64,000 nt of DNA. Source: Candidatus Melainabacteria bacterium RIFCSPLOWO2_02_FULL_35_15. GTDB lineage: Bacteria > Cyanobacteriota > Vampirovibrionia > 2-02-FULL-35-15. Location: contig MFRN01000043.1 in NCBI GenBank assembly GCA_001784585.1, positions 80,966-144,965 on the forward strand, in the 5' to 3' direction. The position numbers and the translations under genes were made by a program. Every line of letters starts with the position of its first letter. Position 1 is the stretch's first letter. This document shows, one piece after another, positions 9,250 through 17,780 of the stretch. The notes beneath the pieces are model-generated. The model made no database searches. It saw nothing but the letters and a program-made list of their open reading frames with translations, and was not told the DNA's origin.

Positions 9250-9564
9250 ATGATGAAATTAGTTGAAATTAAAGAACTGCCAGTTGATGAGATTAGCGAT
9301 CAGCTAAAAAAATCACAACTAGAGCTTGTTAACCTAAAAATGAAATTTGCAAGCAGGCAGCTGGAAGATCCTTCTCAAATAAGAAAAAAAAGAAAGGAAA
9401 TTGCAAGGCTACATACTATAAAAACCCAAAAATTACATGAAGTTATCAGCGAACCTAAGACTGAAAAGGTTAAAAAAGTAAAAAAGAAAGTAGTAACTGA
9501 AACTTTTTCTAAATCTGAAAAGCCAAAACGTCAGACAAAGAAAAGGGGAAAACCGGAGACATAA
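9250..9564 (+). CDS. rpmC: 50S ribosomal protein L29, with a ~40-aa Lys-rich C-terminal extension
   Basis: The L29 core (ELxxLxxExxxLRF-like) occupies the first ~65 aa. The rest is a K/E-rich tail. Confidence 0.8.
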   Translation: MMKLVEIKELPVDEISDQLKKSQLELVNLKMKFASRQLEDPSQIRKKRKEIARLHTIKTQKLHEVISEPKTEKVKKVKKKVVTETFSKSEKPKRQTKKRGKPET

Positions 9565-9565
9565 A

Positions 9566-9811
9566 ATGCCAAAGAAAGTTTTAAAGGGAAAGGTAGTAAG
9601 TGACAAAATGGATAAAACCATTGTTGTTGCCATTGAAAACAAACGACTTCATCCCAGGTATAAAAAACTTGTTTTAAAAACAAGAAAGTTTAAAGCACAT
9701 GATGAATCAAACCAGTGTAAAACAGGTGATGTGGTCGAAATCATAGAACATGTACCCATGAGCAAAACAAAAAGATGGTTACTGAAGGAGGTATTGGTGA
9801 AAGCTGACTAA
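9566..9811 (+). CDS. rpsQ: 30S ribosomal protein S17
   Basis: [29 protein letters not shown] pattern. Confidence 0.9.
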   Translation: MPKKVLKGKVVSDKMDKTIVVAIENKRLHPRYKKLVLKTRKFKAHDESNQCKTGDVVEIIEHVPMSKTKRWLLKEVLVKAD

Positions 9812-9840
9812 ACAAGATTTATTATGCTTTCATAATTAAA

Positions 9841-9868
9841 GGATTTGAGTGGTTTATCCACCAAATCC
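9841..9868 (+). promoter_or_regulatory. Hairpin element A (ggatttg-a-gtgg-TTTAT-ccac-caaatcc)
   Basis: 7+4 bp interrupted stem with a 5-nt loop. Second copy with compensatory stem changes at 3996-4023. Confidence 0.4.
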
Positions 9869-9887
9869 GATCAAACGTAAAGTAAGG

Positions 9888-9923
9888 ACGAAGGAAGCTT
9901 CAGCTTGTCTGAAGCTATAAAAA
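9888..9923 (+). promoter_or_regulatory. SD-hairpin-AUG leader module (GAAGG, then AAGCTTCAG-CTTGT-CTGAAGCT, then ATAAAAA, then ATG) upstream of rplN
   Basis: Read directly. One of four copies with a constant loop and co-varying stem. Confidence 0.55.
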
Positions 9924-10292
9924 ATGATACAACAAGAATCAAATTTAGAAGTAGCAGACAATACAGGCGCTAAAGCAGTGCGATGTATCAGAGTATTGAA
10001 AGGTGGTAATTCCCGCTATGCAGGAATTGGGGATTTGATTATTGGTGTGGTAAAAGATGCTCTTCCAAATATGCCTGTAAAAGAGCATGAAATTGTAAGA
10101 TGCGTAATAGTAAGGACTAAAAAGACTTTAAGCAGAAATGACGGAAGTAAAATCAGGTTTGATGAAAATGCAGTGGTAATTATTGATAAACAAAACAACC
10201 CTAGAGGCACACGTGTATTTGGTCCGGTAGCACGTGAATTAAGAGAAAAACAATTTATGAAAATTCTTTCTTTAGCACCGGAGGTTTTATAG
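9924..10292 (+). CDS. rplN: 50S ribosomal protein L14
   Basis: [18 protein letters not shown]-terminus. Confidence 0.97.
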   Translation: MIQQESNLEVADNTGAKAVRCIRVLKGGNSRYAGIGDLIIGVVKDALPNMPVKEHEIVRCVIVRTKKTLSRNDGSKIRFDENAVVIIDKQNNPRGTRVFGPVARELREKQFMKILSLAPEVL

Positions 10293-10303
10293 AAAATTAA
10301 AAA

Positions 10304-10768
10304 ATGAGCGAGCAGTATATAAAAATAAATAGTAAAAATAAAAAACGCAGAGTTATTTTCTCCAAAGCACCTATTAAAGGACATCCTAAGAAAGGTGGCT
10401 TTTATATTGTCTCAGGTGCATTCCTTAAGAAAGATGCATCCAACCCAAGACCAAAATTACATATTAAAAGAGGTGATACTGTAATGATTATTTCCGGTCA
10501 GGACAAAGGAAAAACAGGTAAAGTAATTGCTGCATTTCCTCGTGAATCTAAAGTAATTATAGAAGGAGTAAATATAATTAAAAAACACCAGAAACCAAGA
10601 GGAGTTGGACAAGCTGGTGAAATTATTGAAAAAGAAGCTCCGATATTTGCATCAAAAGTAATGTACTATGATACGACGAAAAAAAAACCAACGAGAATTG
10701 GATATAAAATTTTAAAAGATGGGAAAAAGGTCAGGGTTTCAAAAGCTAGCGGGGAACAAATTGACTAA
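10304..10768 (+). CDS. rplX: 50S ribosomal protein L24, with an apparent N-terminal extension (start uncertain)
   Basis: KOW motif region [24 protein letters not shown] matches L24, preceded by ~50 extra basic residues in the longest ORF. Confidence 0.85.
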   Translation: MSEQYIKINSKNKKRRVIFSKAPIKGHPKKGGFYIVSGAFLKKDASNPRPKLHIKRGDTVMIISGQDKGKTGKVIAAFPRESKVIIEGVNIIKKHQKPRGVGQAGEIIEKEAPIFASKVMYYDTTKKKPTRIGYKILKDGKKVRVSKASGEQID

Positions 10769-10773
10769 GTCTT

Positions 10774-11328
10774 TTGAGGTTAAATATGGCAAAAAATTTA
10801 AGAAAAGAATTTAAAACGAAAATTGCAAAAGACCTAATGAGCACATTAGGTTATAAAAATCAGCTTGAAGTTCCTATGCTAAAAAAGATTGTTGTAAATA
10901 TGGGTATGGGCGAAGCAATGTCCGATTCTAAGTATTTAGATAGTGGGCTTAATGACATGAAAACAATTACTGGTCAAAAGCCGCTAATTACAAGAGCAAA
11001 AAAATCTATTGCAACCTATAAAATCAGGGAAGGTGGCCCGGTTGGATGTATTGTTACTTTAAGAGGCCAAAGAATGTATGATTTCTTCAGTAAACTTGTG
11101 AATTTGGTACTACCCAGACTTAGGGATTTTAAAGGAGTTTCTCCAAAAAGCTTTGACGGGAGAGGAAGTTATAATTTAGGATTGAAGGAACAAATTGTTT
11201 TTCCTGAAATTAAATATGATAAGGTCGATAATGTAAGAGGAATGGATATTGCAATTGTTACAACTGCAAGGACAAATAAAGAGGGGCTGGAGCTTTTAAA
11301 AGCTTTAGGAATGCCTTTTAGGAAGTAG
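10774..11328 (+). CDS. rplE: 50S ribosomal protein L5
   Basis: L5 family motifs (..VPMLKKIVVNMG.. and ..RGMDIAIVTTA..). Confidence 0.95.
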   Translation: MRLNMAKNLRKEFKTKIAKDLMSTLGYKNQLEVPMLKKIVVNMGMGEAMSDSKYLDSGLNDMKTITGQKPLITRAKKSIATYKIREGGPVGCIVTLRGQRMYDFFSKLVNLVLPRLRDFKGVSPKSFDGRGSYNLGLKEQIVFPEIKYDKVDNVRGMDIAIVTTARTNKEGLELLKALGMPFRK

Positions 11329-11356
11329 TTTATGGGAAGTAATAAATTTATCACCT

Positions 11357-11428
11357 GCGGGTGTAATTCAGTGGTAGAATGCAAGCTTCCCAAGCTTGAC
11401 GTCGCGGGTTCAAATCCCGTCGCCCGCT
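11357..11428 (+). tRNA. tRNA-Gly (anticodon CCC)
   Basis: Cloverleaf read by hand. Acceptor stem GCGGGTG/CGCCCGC with discriminator U. Anticodon stem CAAGC/GCTTG with loop TTCCCAA. T-loop GGTTCAAATCC. Lies between rplE and rpsZ. Confidence 0.85.
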
Positions 11429-11547
11429 CATTTTTGCGGAGCAAAATGAGCGAGGTCCGCTCAGCATAGCTGAGCGACCCGCTATCCAGAGTCAGTGGTT
11501 AGTGGTCAGAAGTTAGAAGGAAACAAGGAGATAAGTTAAATAAAAAT

Positions 11548-11754
11548 ATGGCTAAATTATGCATGATTGAGAGAGAAAGGAAAAAAAGAATATTAGTCGC
11601 AAAAGGTAAATATCCTAAAATAGGACTTCATAACCGTTGCAGGAGCTGTGGCAGATCACGTGGTTATTATAGAGACTTTGGGCTTTGCAGACTATGTCTA
11701 AGAAAAATGGCACACATGGGATTATTGCCTGGTGTAACAAAAGCCAGCTGGTAG
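11548..11754 (+). CDS. rpsZ: 30S ribosomal protein S14, zinc-binding type Z
   Basis: [38 protein letters not shown]. The C4 zinc ribbon and the KASW end are typical of S14 type Z. Confidence 0.9.
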   Translation: MAKLCMIERERKKRILVAKGKYPKIGLHNRCRSCGRSRGYYRDFGLCRLCLRKMAHMGLLPGVTKASW

Positions 11755-11783
11755 AGAAAAAAGAAGAGGTAAGGAAACAAAAA

Positions 11784-12185
11784 ATGTCTCATACAGATTC
11801 AATAAGTGATATGTTAACAAGGATTAGAAATGCAGTTCATGCAACACATGAAAGTGTTGAAATTCCATTATCCAAATTAAAAATACAGATTGCAGAAGTT
11901 TTGAAAAAAGAAGGATACATTAGTTCTTATGAACTTTTTGAATCAGATCCTGTAAAAAAGAATATTAAAGTATTTTTAAAATATGGTCCACGAGGTGAAA
12001 AGTTAATTACAGGAATTCAAAAAGTTTCCAAGCCGGGTTTAAGAGTTTATACAAAATCAAAAGATGCAAAAAGAGTTCTGGATGGTCTGGGAATTTATAT
12101 TATTAGTACAAGCAGGGGCCTAATGACTGATCGACAGGCCAGGAAAGAAAAAGTTGGAGGAGAAGTTCTTTGTAAGGTCTGGTAA
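11784..12185 (+). CDS. rpsH: 30S ribosomal protein S8
   Basis: [18 protein letters not shown]-terminus. The track ORF starts upstream at 11685 and overlaps rpsZ. The internal ATG at 11784 is in the same frame and gives a canonical 133-aa S8. Confidence 0.9.
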   Translation: MSHTDSISDMLTRIRNAVHATHESVEIPLSKLKIQIAEVLKKEGYISSYELFESDPVKKNIKVFLKYGPRGEKLITGIQKVSKPGLRVYTKSKDAKRVLDGLGIYIISTSRGLMTDRQARKEKVGGEVLCKVW

Positions 12186-12209
12186 GTTAGAGATCAGAGG
12201 AAATAAAAT

Positions 12210-12770
12210 ATGTCGAGAATAGGAAAAAATCCAATAAACATACCGGATAAAGTAGAAATTACTATTACTGATACTCTTGGCGGACAAATCGTTAGAGTTA
12301 AAGGCCCTAAGGGTGAGCTCGAAAGCAAGTTTAGAAAAGAAATTAAAATTACTAAAGAAGACAAAAAAATTATTTTTAACAGGGAAAATGATGAAAAATT
12401 AGTAAGAAGTCTTCATGGTTTAATCAGATCATTAGTACAAAATATGATTCTTGGCGTTACAGAAGGATTTAAAAAAGAATTAGATATTGTAGGTGTAGGT
12501 TATAAAGCTCAGCTTCAGGGGACAAAACTGGTTTTACAAATGGGGTACAGTCATCCGGTTGAAGTTACTCCTCCAAACAAAGAAACAAAAATTGAAGTAG
12601 ATAAAACCCAGACTCACCTTACCATTACTGGAATCAGCAAGCAGACTGTCGGGGACTTAGCTGCTTATATCAGATCTGTTAGATTTCCTGAACCGTATAA
12701 AGGTAAAGGCATTAAGTATTCTGATGAAAAAATCAGAAGAAAGGTTGGAAAATCTGCTGCCAAAAAATAG
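12210..12770 (+). CDS. rplF: 50S ribosomal protein L6
   Basis: MSRIGKNPI N-terminus. Two-domain L6 pattern. Confidence 0.95.
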   Translation: MSRIGKNPINIPDKVEITITDTLGGQIVRVKGPKGELESKFRKEIKITKEDKKIIFNRENDEKLVRSLHGLIRSLVQNMILGVTEGFKKELDIVGVGYKAQLQGTKLVLQMGYSHPVEVTPPNKETKIEVDKTQTHLTITGISKQTVGDLAAYIRSVRFPEPYKGKGIKYSDEKIRRKVGKSAAKK

Positions 12771-12785
12771 GCTAAGGATAAATCA

Positions 12786-13154
12786 ATGATAAATCAAACT
12801 TTAAAAAAAGAAAGAACAAGGAAAAGACACCAGAGAATTAGAAATAAGATTATGGGAACCAAGGAACGCCCAAGACTTTGTATTTATAAATCTAATAAGC
12901 ATATTTATGCTCAGTTAATTGATGATGTTGAAGCAAAGACTTTGCTGTTCTGCTCTACAGTTCAACCATCTTTAAGGTCAAAGATTAAATCAACCTGGAC
13001 AAAAGAAGCAGCTAAGATAGTTGGAGAAATGATTGCTAAAAGTGCTACAGAGAAAGGAATTAAAGATGTTGTATTCGATCGCGGCGGTAACAGATATCAT
13101 GGTAAAGTTATAGCTTTTGCAGAAGGAGCAAGAGGTGCGGGTTTAAAATTTTAG
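12786..13154 (+). CDS. rplR: 50S ribosomal protein L18
   Basis: ..RPRLCIYKSNKHIYAQLIDD.. and C-terminal DRGGNRYHGKV. Confidence 0.9.
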   Translation: MINQTLKKERTRKRHQRIRNKIMGTKERPRLCIYKSNKHIYAQLIDDVEAKTLLFCSTVQPSLRSKIKSTWTKEAAKIVGEMIAKSATEKGIKDVVFDRGGNRYHGKVIAFAEGARGAGLKF

Positions 13155-13175
13155 AAACTTATTAGAGAGGGAAAT

Positions 13176-13946
13176 ATGTCAGAAGAAGAAGAAGAAAAAA
13201 AAGAAGTTAATATTAATGAAGAAAAACAGATTTCTTCAGAAAGTACAGAACAGATAACTGTTCCAGAAACTTCAGAACCAGTGAAAGTTGCTGATGCTAC
13301 TGATGTTCCTGCTTCAGCTGAAGCTGAGGAAGATGAAGTCGATGAACTAACTGGTATTGAAGAGGCTTCTGAACAGGAAATATTCCAAAAAGTTACAAAA
13401 AAAGAAACCAGAAAAAAAAGAAAAAAGCGTAGTGAAAGAGGTCAGGATAAAGGTAAAGAAGCCTCTGAATGGATTGAAAAAGTTGTTCAGATTAGAAGAG
13501 TTACCAAGGTTGTAAAGGGGGGTAAAAAATTAAGTTTTAGAGCAGTTGTTGTAGTTGGGAATGCTAAAGGGCAGGTAGGCGTAGGAGTTGGTAAAGCACT
13601 TGAAGTTATAAGTGCTATTCAAAAAGCTGTTGTTGATGCAAAGAAAAATTTAATTCCAATTCCACTTATAAATTCCACTATTCCTCATCAGATTCTTGGT
13701 AGAGCAGGTGCTGCAAAAGTTCTCTTAAAACCTGCCAGAGAAGGTACTGGTATAAAAGCAGGTGGAGCTGCCAGAACAGTTCTTGAGTTAGGTGGAGTAG
13801 GTGACATTCTTTCAAAGTCATTAGGTTCACGTTCACCATTGAATGTAGCCAGAGCAACACTTAATGGTTTAACCAAGCTTAGACAATTTGGAGGTGTTGC
13901 ACAGCTTAGAGGAATGACTTTAAAAGAAATGATAGCAGCAAATTAG
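13176..13946 (+). CDS. rpsE: 30S ribosomal protein S5, with an ~85-aa acidic N-terminal extension
   Basis: S5 core (..[21 protein letters not shown]..) preceded by an E/D-rich low-complexity region ([22 protein letters not shown]..). Confidence 0.9.
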   Translation: MSEEEEEKKEVNINEEKQISSESTEQITVPETSEPVKVADATDVPASAEAEEDEVDELTGIEEASEQEIFQKVTKKETRKKRKKRSERGQDKGKEASEWIEKVVQIRRVTKVVKGGKKLSFRAVVVVGNAKGQVGVGVGKALEVISAIQKAVVDAKKNLIPIPLINSTIPHQILGRAGAAKVLLKPAREGTGIKAGGAARTVLELGGVGDILSKSLGSRSPLNVARATLNGLTKLRQFGGVAQLRGMTLKEMIAAN

Positions 13947-13955
13947 ATATAACAG

Positions 13956-14444
13956 GTGGTAGGGATTATGCAGTTAAGTGAATTAAAATCAGCTAAGGGT
14001 TCAAGAAGAAAAAGAAAAACTGTAGGTCGTGGTCCGGGTTCTGGTCATGGTAAGACTTCCTGCAGAGGAAATAATGGTCAGGGGCAAAGAGCAGGAAAAG
14101 GTCACAGAGCTGGTTTTGAAGGTGGTCAAACCCCAATCTACAGAAGACTTCCAAAATATCAGGTAAATGAGAGACCAAACAGATTAATATGGGCAGTTGT
14201 AAATCTAAAGGATTTGGAAGATCTTTCAGGTTCTAAGGTTATAACTCCGGAATTGCTTTTAGAAAAAAGCATAATAGATAATTTAAATGCTGGCTTAAGA
14301 GTCCTGGGAGACGGTAATATAAATTTTTCTGCTACTATAAAAGCACATTATTTTTCACATTCAGCAAAAGAAAAGATTGAAGCAGCTGGCGGTAAATGTG
14401 AATTAATAAATAACACTAAGGACAATGGCAAATCAGGCAAGTAA
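13956..14444 (+). CDS. rplO: 50S ribosomal protein L15
   Basis: L15 N-terminal pattern. Directly follows rpsE, with no rpmD (L30) gene in between. Confidence 0.9.
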   Translation: MVGIMQLSELKSAKGSRRKRKTVGRGPGSGHGKTSCRGNNGQGQRAGKGHRAGFEGGQTPIYRRLPKYQVNERPNRLIWAVVNLKDLEDLSGSKVITPELLLEKSIIDNLNAGLRVLGDGNINFSATIKAHYFSHSAKEKIEAAGGKCELINNTKDNGKSGK

Positions 14445-15888
14445 ATCAGGTAAAGAAGCAGATCTTTCGACATTTTTAGAAATGTTCCAGTCTGCTGGCT
14501 TAATGAAAAGAATAGTTTTTACTATTTCTATGCTGGCTATTTACAGACTTGGTGTTCACATACCTTTAATAGGTGTTAACCATGAGCTTTTAAAGAGATC
14601 AAATGTTTTAACAAGTGGTCTTTTAGGACTGGTAGATTTATTTGCCGGTGGTGCTCTTAGTGCACTGTCTATATTCGCACTTGGTATTGGCCCTTATATT
14701 ACATCTTCCATTATTATGCAGTTAATGACTGAAGTAATTCCAGCTCTAAAAAATATACAGAGAGAACAGGGTGAGCAGGGAAGAAAACAATTTCAGCAAA
14801 TTACACGGAGAACTACAGTAGCACTGGCAATTATTCAGTCACTTGCTTTAGCCAGATTCCTGGATGTAGCAGGTGTTGCCCCGGCTGGAACACCGGCATT
14901 TTATTTAAATACTATTGTTATACTTACCTGCTCAAGTGTTTTTGTTATGTGGCTCGGAGAAGTCATTACTGAGCGTGGTATCGGGAACGGTGCTTCTATA
15001 TTGATTTTTATAGGGATTGCCTCGAGAATGCCTATTATGATTAGAGATACAATTACTGCTATGAATACAGGTTCGTCTCCTGCCTGGGGCGTTGCCACAT
15101 TGTTGCTTGTGTTCTGTTTGCTTGTATTTTTAATAATTTATATTCAGGAGGGTGCGAGAAAGATTTTAGTATTAGGTGCCAGGAGGCAAGCAGCTGGCGG
15201 GAGAGTAACTGCAGCACCGGATCACTATATGCCATTTAGAATTAATCCTGCAGGTGTTTTGCCTATTATTTTTGCAAGCTCTTTAATGTTCCTTCCATTA
15301 CAGCTTCTTGCTTTTGCAGGTCTTCAGGATAAATCTGTTTCAATTACTTTACGAGATCTCTTTACAAATACCCCGGGACTTGGTCAGCTTTCATTTGCAC
15401 TCTCGCAGATCAAAGTAGGAGAGAGTTATATTTTTGCTGATTTTGGAAACTGGCTGTCACTCCAGGTTGAATATCTCTTTAGAACCGGGCACTGGCAACA
15501 TTCACTGGTTTATTTCTTTTTAATTCTTTTATTTTCATATTTTTATGCTTCGATAATTTTAAATCCGCGTGAAGTAGCAGAAAACCTGAAAAAAAACGGA
15601 TCTGCCATTCAGGGTGTTAAACCAGGGAAAGCAACCAGTGATTACCTCGATATTGTAATTAACCGGATAGTTTTTGTCGGTGCCATTGCGATTGGACTTG
15701 TGGCTGTAATTCCAATCCATGTAGAACAATTATGCCAGGTAGCAACTCTTGGTGGTTTGGGAAGCACTTCACTTATAATTCTTGTAGGGGTTGCTATAGA
15801 TACCAGAAACCAGATTATTGCATATGCTCAAACTCACAGATATCAAACAAGGAGCATTTTAAGTTTTTCGTCTAAGAAAACCTTATGA
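14425..15888 (+). CDS. secY: Preprotein translocase subunit SecY
   Basis: About 10 TM helices. SecY motifs (..GIMPYITASIIMQL..-like IGPYITSSIIMQLM). Confidence 0.95.
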   Translation: MANQASKSGKEADLSTFLEMFQSAGLMKRIVFTISMLAIYRLGVHIPLIGVNHELLKRSNVLTSGLLGLVDLFAGGALSALSIFALGIGPYITSSIIMQLMTEVIPALKNIQREQGEQGRKQFQQITRRTTVALAIIQSLALARFLDVAGVAPAGTPAFYLNTIVILTCSSVFVMWLGEVITERGIGNGASILIFIGIASRMPIMIRDTITAMNTGSSPAWGVATLLLVFCLLVFLIIYIQEGARKILVLGARRQAAGGRVTAAPDHYMPFRINPAGVLPIIFASSLMFLPLQLLAFAGLQDKSVSITLRDLFTNTPGLGQLSFALSQIKVGESYIFADFGNWLSLQVEYLFRTGHWQHSLVYFFLILLFSYFYASIILNPREVAENLKKNGSAIQGVKPGKATSDYLDIVINRIVFVGAIAIGLVAVIPIHVEQLCQVATLGGLGSTSLIILVGVAIDTRNQIIAYAQTHRYQTRSILSFSSKKTL

Positions 15889-16676
15889 GTTTTGTTGAAA
15901 AAATAAATAGTAGATTTTCCGACAAACTGTTTCAAATTAATAATTTTATTTATACCCTGGTAGTAAATTTGCTGGATGCATTTTTTATAATTTTTAGAGA
16001 TTTGCCGCGGGGTAAGTTTTATTATGAAAATTTTCTTGAGAGCTTAAGAAAAATCGCCTGGAACTGTCTGCCCATTGCTACGCTTACTATATCTGCAAGT
16101 GCTTTTATTTACTCTATTCATGGTGCTCCTGAAATGTCAAAAAGAGGTTTAACTGATTATTTAGGCGGGCTTGTGGCACTGGCGTTAATTCGTGAAAGTG
16201 TCCCTGTTATGGCAGCACTGGCAATTGTTTCCCAGTATTCATCTGGTATGACTGCTCAGATAGGTTCTATGAAGGTAACCGAACAATTAGATGCCATGAA
16301 AGTTTTAAAAGTTTATCCCAGTGCATACTTGCTTGTACCTATGTTGTTAGCAGGCTTAATTGGTTTTCCGATTGTAATCATGATTTGTATTTTAGTAGGG
16401 ATATTTATAAATTATCTGGTTTCAAATGTATTAATTGATATCAGTTATCATCTTTATTTTTCATCAATTTTAAGAGCTGTAGTTATGAAGGATATTTTCC
16501 TTGCATTGATTAAAGCATCCATGTTCGGATTTTTTATTGCTTTAATAAGTTATATTTGTGGCATTCTTACTCAGGGCGGAGCTAAAGCAGTTGGAAATTC
16601 TACCAGGCTCTCAGTAGTGATTAATTTTATTTTAGTAGTAATTCTGGATTATATAATTACAGCGTTGTGGTTATAG
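15885..16676 (+). CDS. MlaE/Ttg2B-family ABC transporter permease (lipid-trafficking-type permease)
   Basis: 263 aa, multi-TM, with a conserved MlaE-like core (..LIRESVPVMAALAIVSQYSSGMTAQIGSMKVTEQLDAMKVLKVYP..). Overlaps the secY stop by 4 nt. Confidence 0.75.
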   Translation: MSFVEKINSRFSDKLFQINNFIYTLVVNLLDAFFIIFRDLPRGKFYYENFLESLRKIAWNCLPIATLTISASAFIYSIHGAPEMSKRGLTDYLGGLVALALIRESVPVMAALAIVSQYSSGMTAQIGSMKVTEQLDAMKVLKVYPSAYLLVPMLLAGLIGFPIVIMICILVGIFINYLVSNVLIDISYHLYFSSILRAVVMKDIFLALIKASMFGFFIALISYICGILTQGGAKAVGNSTRLSVVINFILVVILDYIITALWL

Positions 16677-16681
16677 TTATG

Positions 16682-17350
16682 CTATGCTACATTCCATTTC
16701 TTAATCGATGGCTTAATTATAAGCATTGTCCCTTCTGCACCAGGAACAGCTCCTTTAACTAATAAAAGATTTTTTTCTTTATCAAAATCTATAACTTCCA
16801 GATTTCTAACTGTTACTTCTTCATTTCCCATACGGGACGGCATGTTTTTCCCTGGCAATACTCTTCCCGGAAAAGTATGTGCACCGATAGAACCTGGAAG
16901 TCTGTGTGACTTAGAGCCATGCGTTTCAGGCCCTCTGTGTTTGTTATGCAGTTTAACCATACCCTGGAAACCTTTTCCTATAGATATCCCGGAGACATCT
17001 ACTTTTTCTTTTAAAACAATTATTTTTGAATGATCTAAAACTTGTCCAACTTTGTATGAATCTAATTCTTCAGGTTTTACTCTAAACTCCTTTAAATAGC
17101 TAAGATTTGGAAGATTTTTCTTTTTTAAGTTTCCAAGTTTTGGTTTATTTAAGTGTTTATCTTTTTTTACATTTGCCCCGATCTGTACTGCTGAATAACC
17201 GTCTCTTACAGGTATTTTAATATCAGTAATAATATTTTCAGCCAGTTCTATAACTGTTACAGGAACAGCATCTCCATCCTGGTTAAAAAACTGTGTCATG
17301 CCAAGCTTTTTACCTAATATCTCTATTCTGAATCTGGATAGCTGCGTCAT
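16682..17350 (-). CDS. rplC: 50S ribosomal protein L3
   Basis: ..[10 protein letters not shown].. N-terminal region and a C-terminal region typical of L3. Confidence 0.95.
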   Translation of the reverse strand: MTQLSRFRIEILGKKLGMTQFFNQDGDAVPVTVIELAENIITDIKIPVRDGYSAVQIGANVKKDKHLNKPKLGNLKKKNLPNLSYLKEFRVKPEELDSYKVGQVLDHSKIIVLKEKVDVSGISIGKGFQGMVKLHNKHRGPETHGSKSHRLPGSIGAHTFPGRVLPGKNMPSRMGNEEVTVRNLEVIDFDKEKNLLLVKGAVPGAEGTMLIIKPSIKKWNVA

Positions 17351-17676
17351 AATTTTAGTTCTATATCTACTCCGGCAGGTAAGTCTAATCTGGTCAGAGC
17401 ATCTGTAGTTTCATTTGTCGGATTTTCAATGTCAACAAGTCTCTTATGAATCCTGATTTCAAAATGTTCTCTGGATTTTTTATCTACATGTGGAGATCTG
17501 TTTACACAATAGATATGACGATCTGTCGGTAGATAAATAGGACCTGTTATAGATGCACCTGTACGGTTAGCTGCATCTACAATCTGATCACATGAAGCAT
17601 CTAATGCTCTATGATCGTATCCTTTTAAGCGAATACGAATCCTGTTTTTCAGAGATTGTTGTGCTGTTTTTGACAT
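17347..17676 (-). CDS. rpsJ: 30S ribosomal protein S10
   Basis: ..[21 protein letters not shown].. S10 signature. Confidence 0.95.
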   Translation of the reverse strand: MSKTAQQSLKNRIRIRLKGYDHRALDASCDQIVDAANRTGASITGPIYLPTDRHIYCVNRSPHVDKKSREHFEIRIHKRLVDIENPTNETTDALTRLDLPAGVDIELKL

Positions 17677-17712
17677 TTTTTATAGCTCCAGACAAGCTGG
17701 AGCTTTCCTCTC
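17677..17712 (-). promoter_or_regulatory. SD-hairpin-AUG leader module upstream of rpsJ (minus strand: GAGG, AAAGCTCCAG-CTTGT-CTGGAGCT, ATAAAAA, ATG)
   Basis: Reverse complement of 17677-17712 read directly. Same module as at rplN, accB and the acyl-CoA synthetase gene. Confidence 0.55.
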
Positions 17713-17780
17713 GATCTTCCTTTGTGATTGATCACATTTGCCGAATGAATCGGACAAATGCTCTCTCTTTAATAAGCATA

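Noticed and set aside
10016-10384. 122-aa minus-strand ORF
   Set aside because: Antisense to rplN and rplX. Hydrophobic junk translation of AT-rich antisense.
11169-11444. 91-aa minus-strand ORF
   Set aside because: Overlaps the 3' end of rplE and the whole tRNA-Gly. Its 'protein' (..GFEPATSSLGSLHSTTELHP..) is the classic translation of a tRNA gene.
11685-11783. N-terminal 33 codons of the track's rpsH ORF
   Set aside because: Overlaps the rpsZ coding region. S8 homology begins at the internal ATG at 11784.
13678-13876. Two minus-strand ORFs (60 and 62 aa)
   Set aside because: Antisense inside rpsE.
17720-17780. Possible attenuator hairpin (CATTTGCCGAatgaaTCGGaCAAATG) between tuf and rpsJ
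   Set aside because: Imperfect stem and no U-tract. It could simply be part of the rpsJ leader. Not strong enough to call.
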